DNA of 64,000 nt. Origin: a virus. Lineage: Duplodnaviria; Caudoviricetes. Of this stretch, positions 48,146-58,080 are shown in pieces (positions within the stretch are counted from its first letter, which is position 1; the number at the start of each line of letters is the position of its first letter). A model generated the notes under the pieces. The model was not told where the DNA came from. It did not search any database and saw only the letters and a program-made list of their open reading frames with translations. Location: positions 3,496-67,495 of the IMG/VR virus record IMGVR_UViG_2902699553_000002, one strand, 5' to 3'. A program made the translations under genes and the position numbers.

Positions 48146-49995
48146 ATGAAGACGTACTCAGGGAGTTCCTCGTATCGCTTGGATTTGTGGTCGAAGAATC
48201 AAGCTTCAAGAAATTCAATCTGGCTGTCGAAAGTGTCACCAAAGGCGTGATGCAGGCTGGCCTGGCCGTGGCCGCGACTGCCGCGGGTATTGTTGCTGGT
48301 GTGAAGGTCATCTCCAGCCAGATGGAGAATCTTTACTACGCATCGCAGCGAACGGGCGCGACCGTCGGTAACCTGATGGCGCTGCGCTACGCCGCCGGCC
48401 AGATCGGCTTGACGGCTGACCAGGCGCAATCGTCGCTCGAAGGCTTCACGCGCACGCTGCGGCTGAATCCAGGCACGGACAATCTCCTGTCTTCGCTGGG
48501 CGTTACCGGCAAAGATCCGACCGAGAAATTCGATAGCTTCATCGATAAGATGAAGGGCATGCAGCCGTATGTGGCTGCCGCCTATGCGGGTCTGTTCGGC
48601 ATTGATCCGGACACGCTGCTGATGCTGGAAAATGGCCTTCCCAAACTGGAAGCCGAGCAGAAGAAATATACCGAGAGTCTGAAAGCCTGGGGTATAGATC
48701 CAGCCCAGGCCGCTGCATCCGGCGTCGATTTCAATAACGCCATCCGTCGCGTAACGAGCGATTTTGACAAGTTGTGGATTGTCATTGAGTCCAAGCTTGT
48801 GCCCGTCCTGACGCCGCTGATTGATCGGTTCGAAAAGTGGGGCGAAACCCATGCGGGAGACGTTGCCAGCGCAATCGCCGACGCCGTTCAGAGGCTGGCG
48901 AACTGGCTCAATAATATCGACTGGGACAAGACGACTTCGGAGATAGATAAGGTCGTTGATGCGCTGGGTGGCGTAAAGGGAATCCTGCTTGGACTGGTGG
49001 GCATCAAGCTTGCTGGCGTCGCCCTGGAAATAGCCGGACTTGCTGGAGCGCTGGGTAAGCTGGGTGAAGCCGGATCAGCCGTAGGCGGTGCGGGTCTCGT
49101 AGGATTGCTTGGTCGATTGAGCGGATATGGCCTACTCGGATACGGCGCATACGAAGCCATCAAGACGATGGCCGACAATACGCCTGGCGGCCACTTCGTT
49201 CCGCGCAATGGCGGCGCTCGCCCGACTGGCGGTGTCGGCGGAAGCGACTGGAGCGCCACGTGGGAAAACATCAAAAAGGCGTTCAACTACGGTGGAACTG
49301 GGCATTTCGTTAGTCGTGCCGATACGAATGCACATGGGTCTACGTCTGGCACTACCTACGATGCATTGCCGTCTCCTTCTGTGCCCGCATCGCCTTCACG
49401 GGCGGCCACTTCATCTGGATCGAATTCAGTCGACTCTGCTGCGCTTTTCTCCTCGCTGGAAGACAAGTTCGGGTTGCCTAAGGGACTTCTGGATAGCGAC
49501 TGGTATGCGGAGTCGTCGCGCGGTAGGAACATGCGGTCACCCAAGGGTGCCAAAGGCCACTTCGGCTTCATGGACGACACGGCCAAAGAATATGGCCTAG
49601 CCGATCCAAATGACCTTCAGCAATCGGCGCAGGCCGCAGCCCACAAGTTTTCTGACCTTATGAATCACTATGCTGGCGATCTTACGAAAGCCATTGCAGG
49701 GTATAACTGGGGCGAAGGAAACCTGGACAAGGATATCTCCAGATTCGGTGCCGATTGGGCGCAGCATCTGCCGCAGGAGACGTTCGATTACGTCAACCGC
49801 GTAACGAATGGCATGGGCGGCGCACGCCTCGGTGTGAATGGCACGAACAGTAACCGCTCTGTCGCCGTGACGCAGACGAACACCTTCCATATTGCCGGCA
49901 CCTCAGACCCGCAAGGAACTGCGCGCGCCGTGGCTGGTGAGCAATACCGGATCTATGGCGATCTTGTGCGTAACTTCGCTGGAGCGGTGCGATGA
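48142..49995 (+). CDS. Tape measure protein with lytic transglycosylase domain
   Basis: EFLVSLGF; AESS..SPKGAKG.F.FM..TA..YG; A.YNWGEG. Confidence 0.85.
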   Translation: MNEDVLREFLVSLGFVVEESSFKKFNLAVESVTKGVMQAGLAVAATAAGIVAGVKVISSQMENLYYASQRTGATVGNLMALRYAAGQIGLTADQAQSSLEGFTRTLRLNPGTDNLLSSLGVTGKDPTEKFDSFIDKMKGMQPYVAAAYAGLFGIDPDTLLMLENGLPKLEAEQKKYTESLKAWGIDPAQAAASGVDFNNAIRRVTSDFDKLWIVIESKLVPVLTPLIDRFEKWGETHAGDVASAIADAVQRLANWLNNIDWDKTTSEIDKVVDALGGVKGILLGLVGIKLAGVALEIAGLAGALGKLGEAGSAVGGAGLVGLLGRLSGYGLLGYGAYEAIKTMADNTPGGHFVPRNGGARPTGGVGGSDWSATWENIKKAFNYGGTGHFVSRADTNAHGSTSGTTYDALPSPSVPASPSRAATSSGSNSVDSAALFSSLEDKFGLPKGLLDSDWYAESSRGRNMRSPKGAKGHFGFMDDTAKEYGLADPNDLQQSAQAAAHKFSDLMNHYAGDLTKAIAGYNWGEGNLDKDISRFGADWAQHLPQETFDYVNRVTNGMGGARLGVNGTNSNRSVAVTQTNTFHIAGTSDPQGTARAVAGEQYRIYGDLVRNFAGAVR

Positions 49996-50672
49996 GCATT
50001 CTGGGAAACGTGGCGGCGGCCGGGCAACTCTCGCTCCAGTTGCTGACCATCAAGCCCAAGCGCGGCTTTTACGCTTCTACCGATGGCGCGATCATCGCCC
50101 AGGCAACCGTCGAGGAGATGCATAGCGACGAAACCGAGATCACCGAGCATCCAGTCGAGCAGGGTTCGACGATTTCGGATCACGCTTTCTCGCGTCCGTC
50201 AGAGGTAATCGTCACGTGCGGGTGGTCGAATAGCCCTAGCGGGAATAGCCCAATCAACGCGCTGATCGGGGCTGCTGCGAACGCAAGTCCGGTGGCTCAG
50301 GCAATCATCGGCGCCGTGCAATTCGCGGGCGGCATCATCAACCTGCTCAACGGTGGCCAGGACACGATCACGACCGCCTACAACAGCCTGCTTTCGGCGC
50401 AGCAGAACCGCATCCTGTTCGACGTCTACACGGGCAAACGTGTTTATCAGAACATGCTCATCAAGAGCGTGGTCCAGACGACCGACCAGCACACGGAAAA
50501 CTCGTCGCTGATCCGCGTGTCGTTCCGACAAATCCTGATGGCCGTGACGCAAACGGTGACCGTGCCAGATTCGTCGGTAATGGCCAATCCGGAGCAAAAT
50601 GGCTCGACGGTGAACATGGGAACGCAATCCCTGCTTCCATCGCCCACCTATAACGTGAACGCAGCGCCATGA
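49992..50672 (+). CDS. Baseplate/tube initiator protein
   Basis: EE.H.D..EITEHPVEQG..ISDHA; TGKRVY.NMLI. Confidence 0.75.
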   Translation: MSILGNVAAAGQLSLQLLTIKPKRGFYASTDGAIIAQATVEEMHSDETEITEHPVEQGSTISDHAFSRPSEVIVTCGWSNSPSGNSPINALIGAAANASPVAQAIIGAVQFAGGIINLLNGGQDTITTAYNSLLSAQQNRILFDVYTGKRVYQNMLIKSVVQTTDQHTENSSLIRVSFRQILMAVTQTVTVPDSSVMANPEQNGSTVNMGTQSLLPSPTYNVNAAP

Positions 50673-50980
50673 GTACGCCCTACGAGATTCCGCTATCGCC
50701 GCAGCCGCAGATGTTCGGCATCGCGATAGCGGGCACGACTTACACGTTGACGGTCACATGGAATTGGGTGAACGCGTCGTGGATCATCAACATTGCGGAC
50801 TCAAGCGGGAATCCGATCCTGTCGGGCATTCCGATGGTGACCGGTGCCAACCTGCTTGAACAGTTCGGCTATCTCAACTTTGGCTTTCAGTTGATCGCAC
50901 AAACTGATAATGCGCCAGATGTAGTGCCGACGTTTGCCGATCTCGGCTCAACCGGGCATCTATACGCTATCGTCGACTGA
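50669..50980 (+). CDS. Baseplate plug-like protein
   Basis: EIPL..PQ, W....W, GIP.VTG.NLL.QF. Confidence 0.7.
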   Translation: MSTPYEIPLSPQPQMFGIAIAGTTYTLTVTWNWVNASWIINIADSSGNPILSGIPMVTGANLLEQFGYLNFGFQLIAQTDNAPDVVPTFADLGSTGHLYAIVD

Positions 50981-51595
50981 CGGCCATTCGATCACGTTTT
51001 GCTGATGGTGCTCGATGCGATCCGTGCCATCGGCGCGCTTAAGCCCGGTCGCGTCAAAGTTCGGGCACCAGTCGCAGCCAGCCTCGACGGCCATGGCCTG
51101 TAACTGGTCCTGCGCACTGGCTGGATGCAGTCGGCTGATTTTCCATGTCGGCCAGCGTGACGCGATCAGGTTGCACGGCACGAAGTAATCAAATCCGTCC
51201 TCGCTATTCCGCACAACGCGAATACAGTGCGCGCGCGGATCGTGGCAGGACAACGACTGGACATAGCACTTTAGCGATTCGTAGAGCCGCCCAAGGTCGA
51301 CAAGCGGCAGTCCTCGCGCGTAGAAGCGCGCCGCGGTCATAGTGTTGGCGTAATTCGCGACGGCAAGTGCACGGGATATCTGCTCTGGCGTCCGGCCGAA
51401 TGCCGCGAAGTGGTGAAGGAGCCCATTTGTTTCGGCCTCCCAATACCGGTCTGCGCCTTTGCTGATCGCTACGACGGACGGGTAAGCGGTTGCCTTGCTC
51501 TTCGGAAACATAACGCCCAGCACGTGTTCGCGCGATACCTGCGCAATCTCGAAGCTGACAGTGGCGACATCGGTTTTCACGGAAAGATATGGCAA
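50960..51595 (-). CDS. Antisense moron, Cys-rich hypothetical protein (start uncertain)
   Basis: Fills the gap between baseplate genes; C..C.DPRAHC..PC..GCDWCPNF. Confidence 0.6.
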   Translation of the reverse strand: MPYLSVKTDVATVSFEIAQVSREHVLGVMFPKSKATAYPSVVAISKGADRYWEAETNGLLHHFAAFGRTPEQISRALAVANYANTMTAARFYARGLPLVDLGRLYESLKCYVQSLSCHDPRAHCIRVVRNSEDGFDYFVPCNLIASRWPTWKISRLHPASAQDQLQAMAVEAGCDWCPNFDATGLKRADGTDRIEHHQQNVIEWPSVDDSV

Positions 51596-52545
51596 ACCAA
51601 TTCGGCAGACAGGCCAGTCTGATCGTGAGCACTGGAACGCAGGGCCTTGATCTCTCGCAACTCAGATTCAAATTCCAGACCCGGAACGCAGACACGCAAG
51701 CTCCGAATACGCTGTATGTCCGCATCTACAACCTGGCGCCGACCACGGTCCAGACGATCCAGAAGGAATTCACGACCGTAACATTACAGGCAGGTTACGA
51801 ATCGGGTAATTACGGCATTATATTCCAAGGCACGATCAAGCAGATCGCGACGGGGCGTGAACGTAATGTGGATTCGTACCTGGATATCTGGGCTGCCGAC
51901 GGGGACGAGTTTTATAACTTCGCGGTTATCAGTCTATCGCTCGCCGCGGGCCAGACGCCCGAACAGGTCATCAACGCGATCCAGTCGGCTCCCTCGGTCA
52001 ATGGTGTGGCGCCGGTTCAGTATGCCAGCGATGCACAAGGCCTGGTTGCCGGTGCGGGTGCGGGACAGGCACAAGCCTTGTCGAGGGGGAAAGTCCTCTT
52101 CGGGATGACGAGGGACTACGCACGGGATTGGGCTGACAAGTACGGGTATCGCTGGTCACTGCAAAACGGTCAGTTCGTTGTGGTGCCGATTACGGGATAT
52201 CGCCCCGGCGAAGCGGTTGTGCTTTCATCGACCACCGGCTTGATCGGAATTCCTGAAATCACGAATGAAGGCGTCACGGCGCGGGCGCTGCTCAACCCAC
52301 TGATTCGCATCGGGTGTCTGGTGCAGATTGCCCAGTCGGATATCAACCAGATAACGCAACAGCAGCAGGGTTTGCAGTATTCGCCTGCGGTCGCAAACGC
52401 GACAACTGCGGCCGGATTTTATCGGGTGATGCTAGCCACCTTCAGCGGCGATACCCGGGCGAATGACTGGTACGTAGACATCGTTTGCCTCGCCGTCGAT
52501 ACGACTGCGCCAAACCAGAATGACTCGGTTTCGGTGGCCGGCTAG
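51589..52545 (+). CDS. Baseplate hub protein
   Basis: PN...RIYNL, LQAGY, AADGD, RGKVLFG, TGLIG.PE, GDTR. Confidence 0.8.
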   Translation: MANQFGRQASLIVSTGTQGLDLSQLRFKFQTRNADTQAPNTLYVRIYNLAPTTVQTIQKEFTTVTLQAGYESGNYGIIFQGTIKQIATGRERNVDSYLDIWAADGDEFYNFAVISLSLAAGQTPEQVINAIQSAPSVNGVAPVQYASDAQGLVAGAGAGQAQALSRGKVLFGMTRDYARDWADKYGYRWSLQNGQFVVVPITGYRPGEAVVLSSTTGLIGIPEITNEGVTARALLNPLIRIGCLVQIAQSDINQITQQQQGLQYSPAVANATTAAGFYRVMLATFSGDTRANDWYVDIVCLAVDTTAPNQNDSVSVAG

Positions 52546-53102
52546 CGTTCGATCATCTGGGGATTTGTGACCCCTGCAAATGGACGTCCATCTTTCATGG
52601 TTCCCCAGACGACGGGAAGATAGCCGCCCTCCATCTTGACATTCATGGGCGTCCCCGCCGGAACGAACTGACATCGGTAGTCGGAAGGATTGGGCTCTTC
52701 GCCAACGTCATATCCATTGACGAGTGCTGCGCGTCTGCGGAGATCGGCCGGCAATGAAAGTCGCGCGTGTCGCGCCATATTGATCTGGCCGAAAAGCCAG
52801 TTTGCCTCATCCATCGAAGGGCAGACGATCGCGCCGTCAACCAGATCGATGCCTTTGGCTATCGATTGAATTGGCACTTTCGGCGCGAGAGATACATGCC
52901 CTACTGGTGTCGGAGCGGCGGCAATAGTCATCTCGGGCTGATCAATCTGGCTTATCGCTGGTTGAGGCTTTACGTCTGCATCGCTCGCGCCCTGATTCGA
53001 CAGCCCTGACAACTGGCTTGCCAATGGCAATTGGGCTTCCCACGGCTGCTGCGTTGCGCATGCCGACAGGGCGAGCATTGAAACAAGAATCATTTTTTTC
53101 AT
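52542..53102 (-). CDS. Antisense moron lipoprotein
   Basis: MKKMILVSMLALSAC lipobox; GGAG SD. Confidence 0.75.
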   Translation of the reverse strand: MKKMILVSMLALSACATQQPWEAQLPLASQLSGLSNQGASDADVKPQPAISQIDQPEMTIAAAPTPVGHVSLAPKVPIQSIAKGIDLVDGAIVCPSMDEANWLFGQINMARHARLSLPADLRRRAALVNGYDVGEEPNPSDYRCQFVPAGTPMNVKMEGGYLPVVWGTMKDGRPFAGVTNPQMIER

Positions 53103-53113
53103 AATGGTCTCCA

Positions 53114-53854
53114 ATGCTCCAGATAGAGCGTGTAAATGATAGTCAGGAGGCGCTTCAAACTGCTCTTGACGGCCGGCAGGCGCAAATCTGGACCACGATG
53201 CCAGGCTTCATCGAGGCCGTCAATGGTAACGGAACGGTGAATGTCCAGCCGGCGATCATGTGCCAGGTGCGCGCGCCGAATGGTTCGATGGTATGGACTG
53301 CCTTACCCCTGCTGCTTGACTGCCCGATTGTCTACCAGCGCGGCGGCGGCTGCACTTTCACGTTTCCAGTAGCGAAGAATGATGAATGCGTGGTGTCGTT
53401 CGCCTCGCGCTGCATAGACGCGTGGTGGTCTGCCGGCGGAATTCAGGTGCAATCCGAATTCCGCATGCACGACCTGTCCGACGGTTTCGCATTCGTCGGC
53501 CCGTTCTCTCAGGCGACGCTGATCGGCGGAATTAGCACATCAAGCGCGCAGCTTCGCAGCAACGACGGTTCGACCTTTATTGACCTGAACCCATCCACCC
53601 AGAAAGTGACGATTACCGCGCCAGGTGGATTCACGGTCAATGCACCGCAATCGAACTTCAGCGGAGCGGTGATTATTCAAGGCCTTCTGTCCTGGCTTGC
53701 CGGGATGACTGGCAGCGTTGCAAGTGGTGTGGCGTCGCTGATTACCGGCACCGTCCAGTTCGTCGGCTCGATCACATCGAACGGTCATGCGATCGACAGC
53801 ACGCACCAGCATACAAACTCTGGCGGCACCGGATTGGGCGGGCCGCCCCAATGA
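53114..53854 (+). CDS. Baseplate central spike (Gp138/gpV-like)
   Basis: TFPV..DEC...F..RCID.W, RMHDLSDG, C-terminal THQH. Confidence 0.85.
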   Translation: MLQIERVNDSQEALQTALDGRQAQIWTTMPGFIEAVNGNGTVNVQPAIMCQVRAPNGSMVWTALPLLLDCPIVYQRGGGCTFTFPVAKNDECVVSFASRCIDAWWSAGGIQVQSEFRMHDLSDGFAFVGPFSQATLIGGISTSSAQLRSNDGSTFIDLNPSTQKVTITAPGGFTVNAPQSNFSGAVIIQGLLSWLAGMTGSVASGVASLITGTVQFVGSITSNGHAIDSTHQHTNSGGTGLGGPPQ

Positions 53855-53862
53855 GATAAGAC

Positions 53863-54213
53863 ATGCGCTATCGAATGCTCGACGCCAACGGCGACTACAC
53901 GTGGGGGCAAGCAGGCCAAAATTTCCTCATAAATTCGCCCGCTGCCGTAGGTCAGGCAATCCTCACCAGACTCAAATTAATGCAGGGTGAGTGGTTCCTA
54001 GACCAGACGGCCGGCACGCCATACGACCAGATCCTCGGCGCCGGTACCGAATCAACGCGCGACCTAGCCGTGCAAACCGTGATTCTTCAAACGCAAGGCG
54101 TGAGTGAAATCGTTGAATACGCCAGTTATTTGAATCCGACGACCCGCGAGTTTATCTGGGCCGTAACGGTCGACACGATCTACGGCACCACAACTGTTAC
54201 GAACGGCACCTGA
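53863..54213 (+). CDS. Baseplate wedge / sheath initiator
   Basis: MRYR.LD..GDY, GEWFLD..GTP, TIYG. Confidence 0.75.
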   Translation: MRYRMLDANGDYTWGQAGQNFLINSPAAVGQAILTRLKLMQGEWFLDQTAGTPYDQILGAGTESTRDLAVQTVILQTQGVSEIVEYASYLNPTTREFIWAVTVDTIYGTTTVTNGT

Positions 54214-55649
54214 TGGCAACGACCTTTCCACTTCCGACGCTCGCATGCACGATCTCGTCGACCGGGATATCTGCGCCTACCTACTCGGACATACTTTCCA
54301 GCCTGACCGCGAGCTTTTTGAGCATCTACGGAAGTGATTCCTATGTTCAGCCTGATAGCCAGGATGGACAGATGCTTGCGCTGTGGGCTCAGACCATCAA
54401 TGACGGCAACCAGGCCGACATCGCCACGTACAACGGCTACTCGCCGACCTATGCCCAAGGCGCCGCACTCTCGAGTCAGGTCAAGATCAACGGTATTCGC
54501 CGTGCCTCCTCGAGCAACAGTTCCGCCGTGGTCGACGTGGGCGGCCAGGTGGGCTCGATCATCACGAATGGCGTCGCGCGAGATACGAATCAGAACCTGT
54601 GGAACCTGCCGGCCACCGTTGAAATCCCCATTTCAGGGACGATTGCCGTCACTGCGGTAGCGCAGCAACCTGGCGCGATCACCGCAATCGCCGGGGCCAT
54701 CTCAACGATCTACAACCCGCAACCCGGCTGGCAGTCGGTCTCCAATCCGTCGGCTGCGGCACCCGGCAATCCGGTTCAGACGGATGCCGCGCTTCGTCAG
54801 CAACAGGCTGTATCAACGTCACTGCCGGCGCAGACTCCATTGCAGGCGATTATCGCAAACGTCGCCAACACGCCCGGTATTGGGCGCTATGCAATCTACG
54901 AGAACGACACTGGCACGACCGATAGCAACGGCATTCCGGGGCACTCCATCGCAGTAGTGGCCGAGGGCGGCAACGTTGTCACGATTGCCCAGACCATCGA
55001 GGCAAAGAAGTCTCCTGGGACGGGGACATTCGGAACGACCTCGGAAACCGTCCGGGACCCCGCCGGCGTCCCCATCACGATCAATCTGTTCGAACTGTCC
55101 GAAGTCAGTATTTTCGTTCAGGCGACCATCGTTCCTCTAACCGGCTTTGTCTCGACGACCGGCACGCTGATTGTCAATGCGATTGCAGCCTACCTGTCTG
55201 GCTTCGCGATTGGTCAGGATTCCATGCTTGGCAAACTGTTCGGTCCTGCAAACCTCTCGGGGGATGCAGCGACGAACAGTTCCAGCCTCACGCAGGCTCA
55301 ACTCGACGTGCTCAGCAACACGTACAACCTGCCCATTTCGAATCTGTATCAGGGTCGCTTTGACATGGTTGTGACCGGCGGCCCGTACACCTCTGGCACT
55401 AGCACGATCAATATCCAGAACGTCGCGAGCCTGGCGAATGGGCGCTCGATCATCGTGAATCAGGTAGACGGTTCGCAATTGACTGCGGTCATCACTGGTA
55501 TCGCGGGGAATGCGGTCACGTTCACGCCGGCCATCGCGAGCGGTAAGACGATTGACGCCGGCGCACAGGTATATGCGAACGGCGACCTGACGATTGCATT
55601 CAACGAGGGTGCGGAGTGCGCGGCGGCTGATATCAATCTGGTGACGTGA
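54213..55649 (+). CDS. Baseplate J-like protein
   Basis: GISAP.Y, DSQDGQ, KINGI.R, YEN.T..D..G.P.HSI. Confidence 0.85.
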   Translation: MATTFPLPTLACTISSTGISAPTYSDILSSLTASFLSIYGSDSYVQPDSQDGQMLALWAQTINDGNQADIATYNGYSPTYAQGAALSSQVKINGIRRASSSNSSAVVDVGGQVGSIITNGVARDTNQNLWNLPATVEIPISGTIAVTAVAQQPGAITAIAGAISTIYNPQPGWQSVSNPSAAAPGNPVQTDAALRQQQAVSTSLPAQTPLQAIIANVANTPGIGRYAIYENDTGTTDSNGIPGHSIAVVAEGGNVVTIAQTIEAKKSPGTGTFGTTSETVRDPAGVPITINLFELSEVSIFVQATIVPLTGFVSTTGTLIVNAIAAYLSGFAIGQDSMLGKLFGPANLSGDAATNSSSLTQAQLDVLSNTYNLPISNLYQGRFDMVVTGGPYTSGTSTINIQNVASLANGRSIIVNQVDGSQLTAVITGIAGNAVTFTPAIASGKTIDAGAQVYANGDLTIAFNEGAECAAADINLVT

Positions 55650-56320
55650 TGACGGTACAACTTTCCCAGTACACGTCGCTCATCACCAGTGAGCACAATG
55701 AAAAGCCACGTTTCATGGCGATGGTCTCGCTGCTCGGTCAATGGGCAGTCGATCGCCAGAACATGCTGGCATCAATTCCGGGTCTGTTCGATATCGATGA
55801 TGCGGTCGGCCAGCAACTGGATTGGGTCGGCCAATGGGTCGGCGTCTCGCGCAACCTGTCCATCCCCCTGACGGGCGTCTATTTCAGTTTCGACACGTCC
55901 GGTCTTGGCTTCGATCAAGGAACATGGCTAGGGCCGTTCGACCCGACTACGGGCCTGGTATCGCTTCCGGATAACGCCTATCGGACCCTGCTGTACGCGG
56001 TCATCGCCGCAAACAACTGGGATGGAACTGTCCCCGGTGCGTACACCGCCTGGAACACGATCTTTGAGCCGTTGGGTTACAGCATCCTGATCGAAGACGG
56101 TCAGGACATGACCATGACGGTTGCGCTGATTGGACCAACTCCAGATGCGGTGACACTGGCGTTATTCACGGGCGGCTATCTCAACCTGAGACCGGCCGGC
56201 GTGGGCATCACCTTCTATTACACGCAGAGCGTTCCAGACGTCCCGATCTTCGGCTTCGATGCCGAAAATTCCTCGATATCAGGTTTCGACGTAGGCGCTT
56301 GGGCAGTTTCCGTCGCCTGA
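55646..56320 (+). CDS. Baseplate protein (DUF2612)
   Basis: LITSEH..KP.F, FDID.AVG.QLD..G.WVG.SR, N.WDGT, RPAGV. Confidence 0.85.
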   Translation: MMTVQLSQYTSLITSEHNEKPRFMAMVSLLGQWAVDRQNMLASIPGLFDIDDAVGQQLDWVGQWVGVSRNLSIPLTGVYFSFDTSGLGFDQGTWLGPFDPTTGLVSLPDNAYRTLLYAVIAANNWDGTVPGAYTAWNTIFEPLGYSILIEDGQDMTMTVALIGPTPDAVTLALFTGGYLNLRPAGVGITFYYTQSVPDVPIFGFDAENSSISGFDVGAWAVSVA

Positions 56321-56383
56321 CACCCTCTTCAGCTTTACACGATAGGCCGCCTCCGGGTGGCCTTTTGCATTTCTGGGCCACCG

Positions 56384-57709
56384 ATGACCACTGAAAATGA
56401 TTTCATCCCGTTCGCCGTAGGCGGCAGCGCGAACGTTATCTCGCAAGCGACCTACGCCGCAGATACCACGCTCACGCAAGGCGGCTTTACTGCCGGCATT
56501 GCGACCTCGGCGCAACTGAACAAGGTCTGGCGCCAGTCAAGCATTATGGCGGCCGTCATCGCTTCATTCATCGTGGCCGAGACCGGCCAGACGGCGATCG
56601 ACGATGGCACGACTGCGACACTTCTGACGAACTTCACGAACGCCGTCAATGCGGCTTCCAAGAACAAGATCATCCTGACCGATACCGGCACGGCAAACGC
56701 CTACACCGCGGCGAATCCCGTTCCGCTTACCGCATTGCCGACGGCAACCGGCTTCACGCAGACGGTCAAGATTGCGCACCTGAACACGGGAACCTCGACC
56801 TACGCCCCCGACGGACTGGCGACGGCTCCGATTTATGGTCTCGGCGGCGCAGTGCTTCAGGGCGGCGAACTGCCTGCCAACGGCGTTGCGACGCTCGTCT
56901 CGTTCGTCGACCCGCTCCTCAACTCGGGCAATCTCTGCTGGGTGCTCTACGAATGCGTCGGCGGTGCTCAGCAGGTTCCCCCCGCCACTGCATCCCAGCA
57001 TGCGGTGCAGTTGGGGCAGCTTGCTAGCGGACTGAATCTTGCGACGCCAGCGCAGTTCGATAACAGCACGAAGATGGCTAGCACCGCCTTTGTCTGGCAG
57101 AACCGGGCCGGCTTCAATGGGGTCTTGGGACCATCTTCCAACACGACGCTTACGACGGCCAATCTCGGTTCGTTCGTCGCCTGCCTCAATGCTGCATCAC
57201 CATTCACGATAACGCTGCCCGTAACGACTAGTGCGTTCGCGTCCGTCTCAACTCGAATCGTAAATATTTCGTCGCAGACCATCACGATTCAAACGCAGAG
57301 TGGCGGCACGATCCAGGGGCCTTTCAATACGGTCGGCGGCACGTCGTTCACAATTCCGTCTAATAGCTGCGTCGACGTCCTGTGTAACAACGCGAACAAT
57401 TTTATCGTGAGCGGCGACGGCCAGATTGGATCGTCGTTCCTGTTTGCGAATGGTACTGGCTTTCAGAAGTTCCCCGGTGGCTTGATCATACAGTTCAGCT
57501 CATTTACAGCATCCGCAACTCCCGGTGCTCCGGTGACGGTGACCTACCCGATCCCGTTCCCCGTCGCTACCACTGGCATCGCCACAACCGTTTCCAGTGC
57601 ATCGACATCAATCGTCGCGTCCTGGTATGACACCCCTACGGTGAATGGATTTAACGGGCATGGCAGTCTCGCCACACTGACTTGCAACTACATCGCTGTG
57701 GGGCATTAA
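56384..57709 (+). CDS. Tail fibre protein
   Basis: NDF.PFA..ANV, SAQLNKVWRQ, QFDNSTK.ASTAFV, GFQKFPGGLIIQ..PIPFP. Confidence 0.85.
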   Translation: MTTENDFIPFAVGGSANVISQATYAADTTLTQGGFTAGIATSAQLNKVWRQSSIMAAVIASFIVAETGQTAIDDGTTATLLTNFTNAVNAASKNKIILTDTGTANAYTAANPVPLTALPTATGFTQTVKIAHLNTGTSTYAPDGLATAPIYGLGGAVLQGGELPANGVATLVSFVDPLLNSGNLCWVLYECVGGAQQVPPATASQHAVQLGQLASGLNLATPAQFDNSTKMASTAFVWQNRAGFNGVLGPSSNTTLTTANLGSFVACLNAASPFTITLPVTTSAFASVSTRIVNISSQTITIQTQSGGTIQGPFNTVGGTSFTIPSNSCVDVLCNNANNFIVSGDGQIGSSFLFANGTGFQKFPGGLIIQFSSFTASATPGAPVTVTYPIPFPVATTGIATTVSSASTSIVASWYDTPTVNGFNGHGSLATLTCNYIAVGH

Positions 57710-58072
57710 ATGATCCGCTATTCGAAAACTACGCACAGTTTCTACCCGCATGACATCGAGTATCCGAATCTGCCAAATGATCTCATCGACGTTGAGGATG
57801 CGGAATACTTGAAGGCCCGGAATCGGCTGCAAGGCGACCCTGGCGAAACGTTTGAAGTATCAGATGACGGCATTGTCACGGTCATCCCGGCGCGCGCATT
57901 GACCGCCCAAGAAAAAGCATATGCCGCGGATGAATCGATTCTTATGCAGATCGCATCGATAGAGCGCGACAAGCAGCCCCGCGCCGTTCGGGATTTCATT
58001 CTGACTGGCGACAAAACGCGCCTTCAGTCGATCGACTCCGCTGTTGCCGCGCTTCGCGCAAAACTCGCATAA
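57710..58072 (+). CDS. Tail fibre assembly chaperone
   Basis: YSKTT..FY..LP.D; follows the fibre gene. Confidence 0.7.
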   Translation: MIRYSKTTHSFYPHDIEYPNLPNDLIDVEDAEYLKARNRLQGDPGETFEVSDDGIVTVIPARALTAQEKAYAADESILMQIASIERDKQPRAVRDFILTGDKTRLQSIDSAVAALRAKLA

Positions 58073-58080
58073 GGAAGGCG

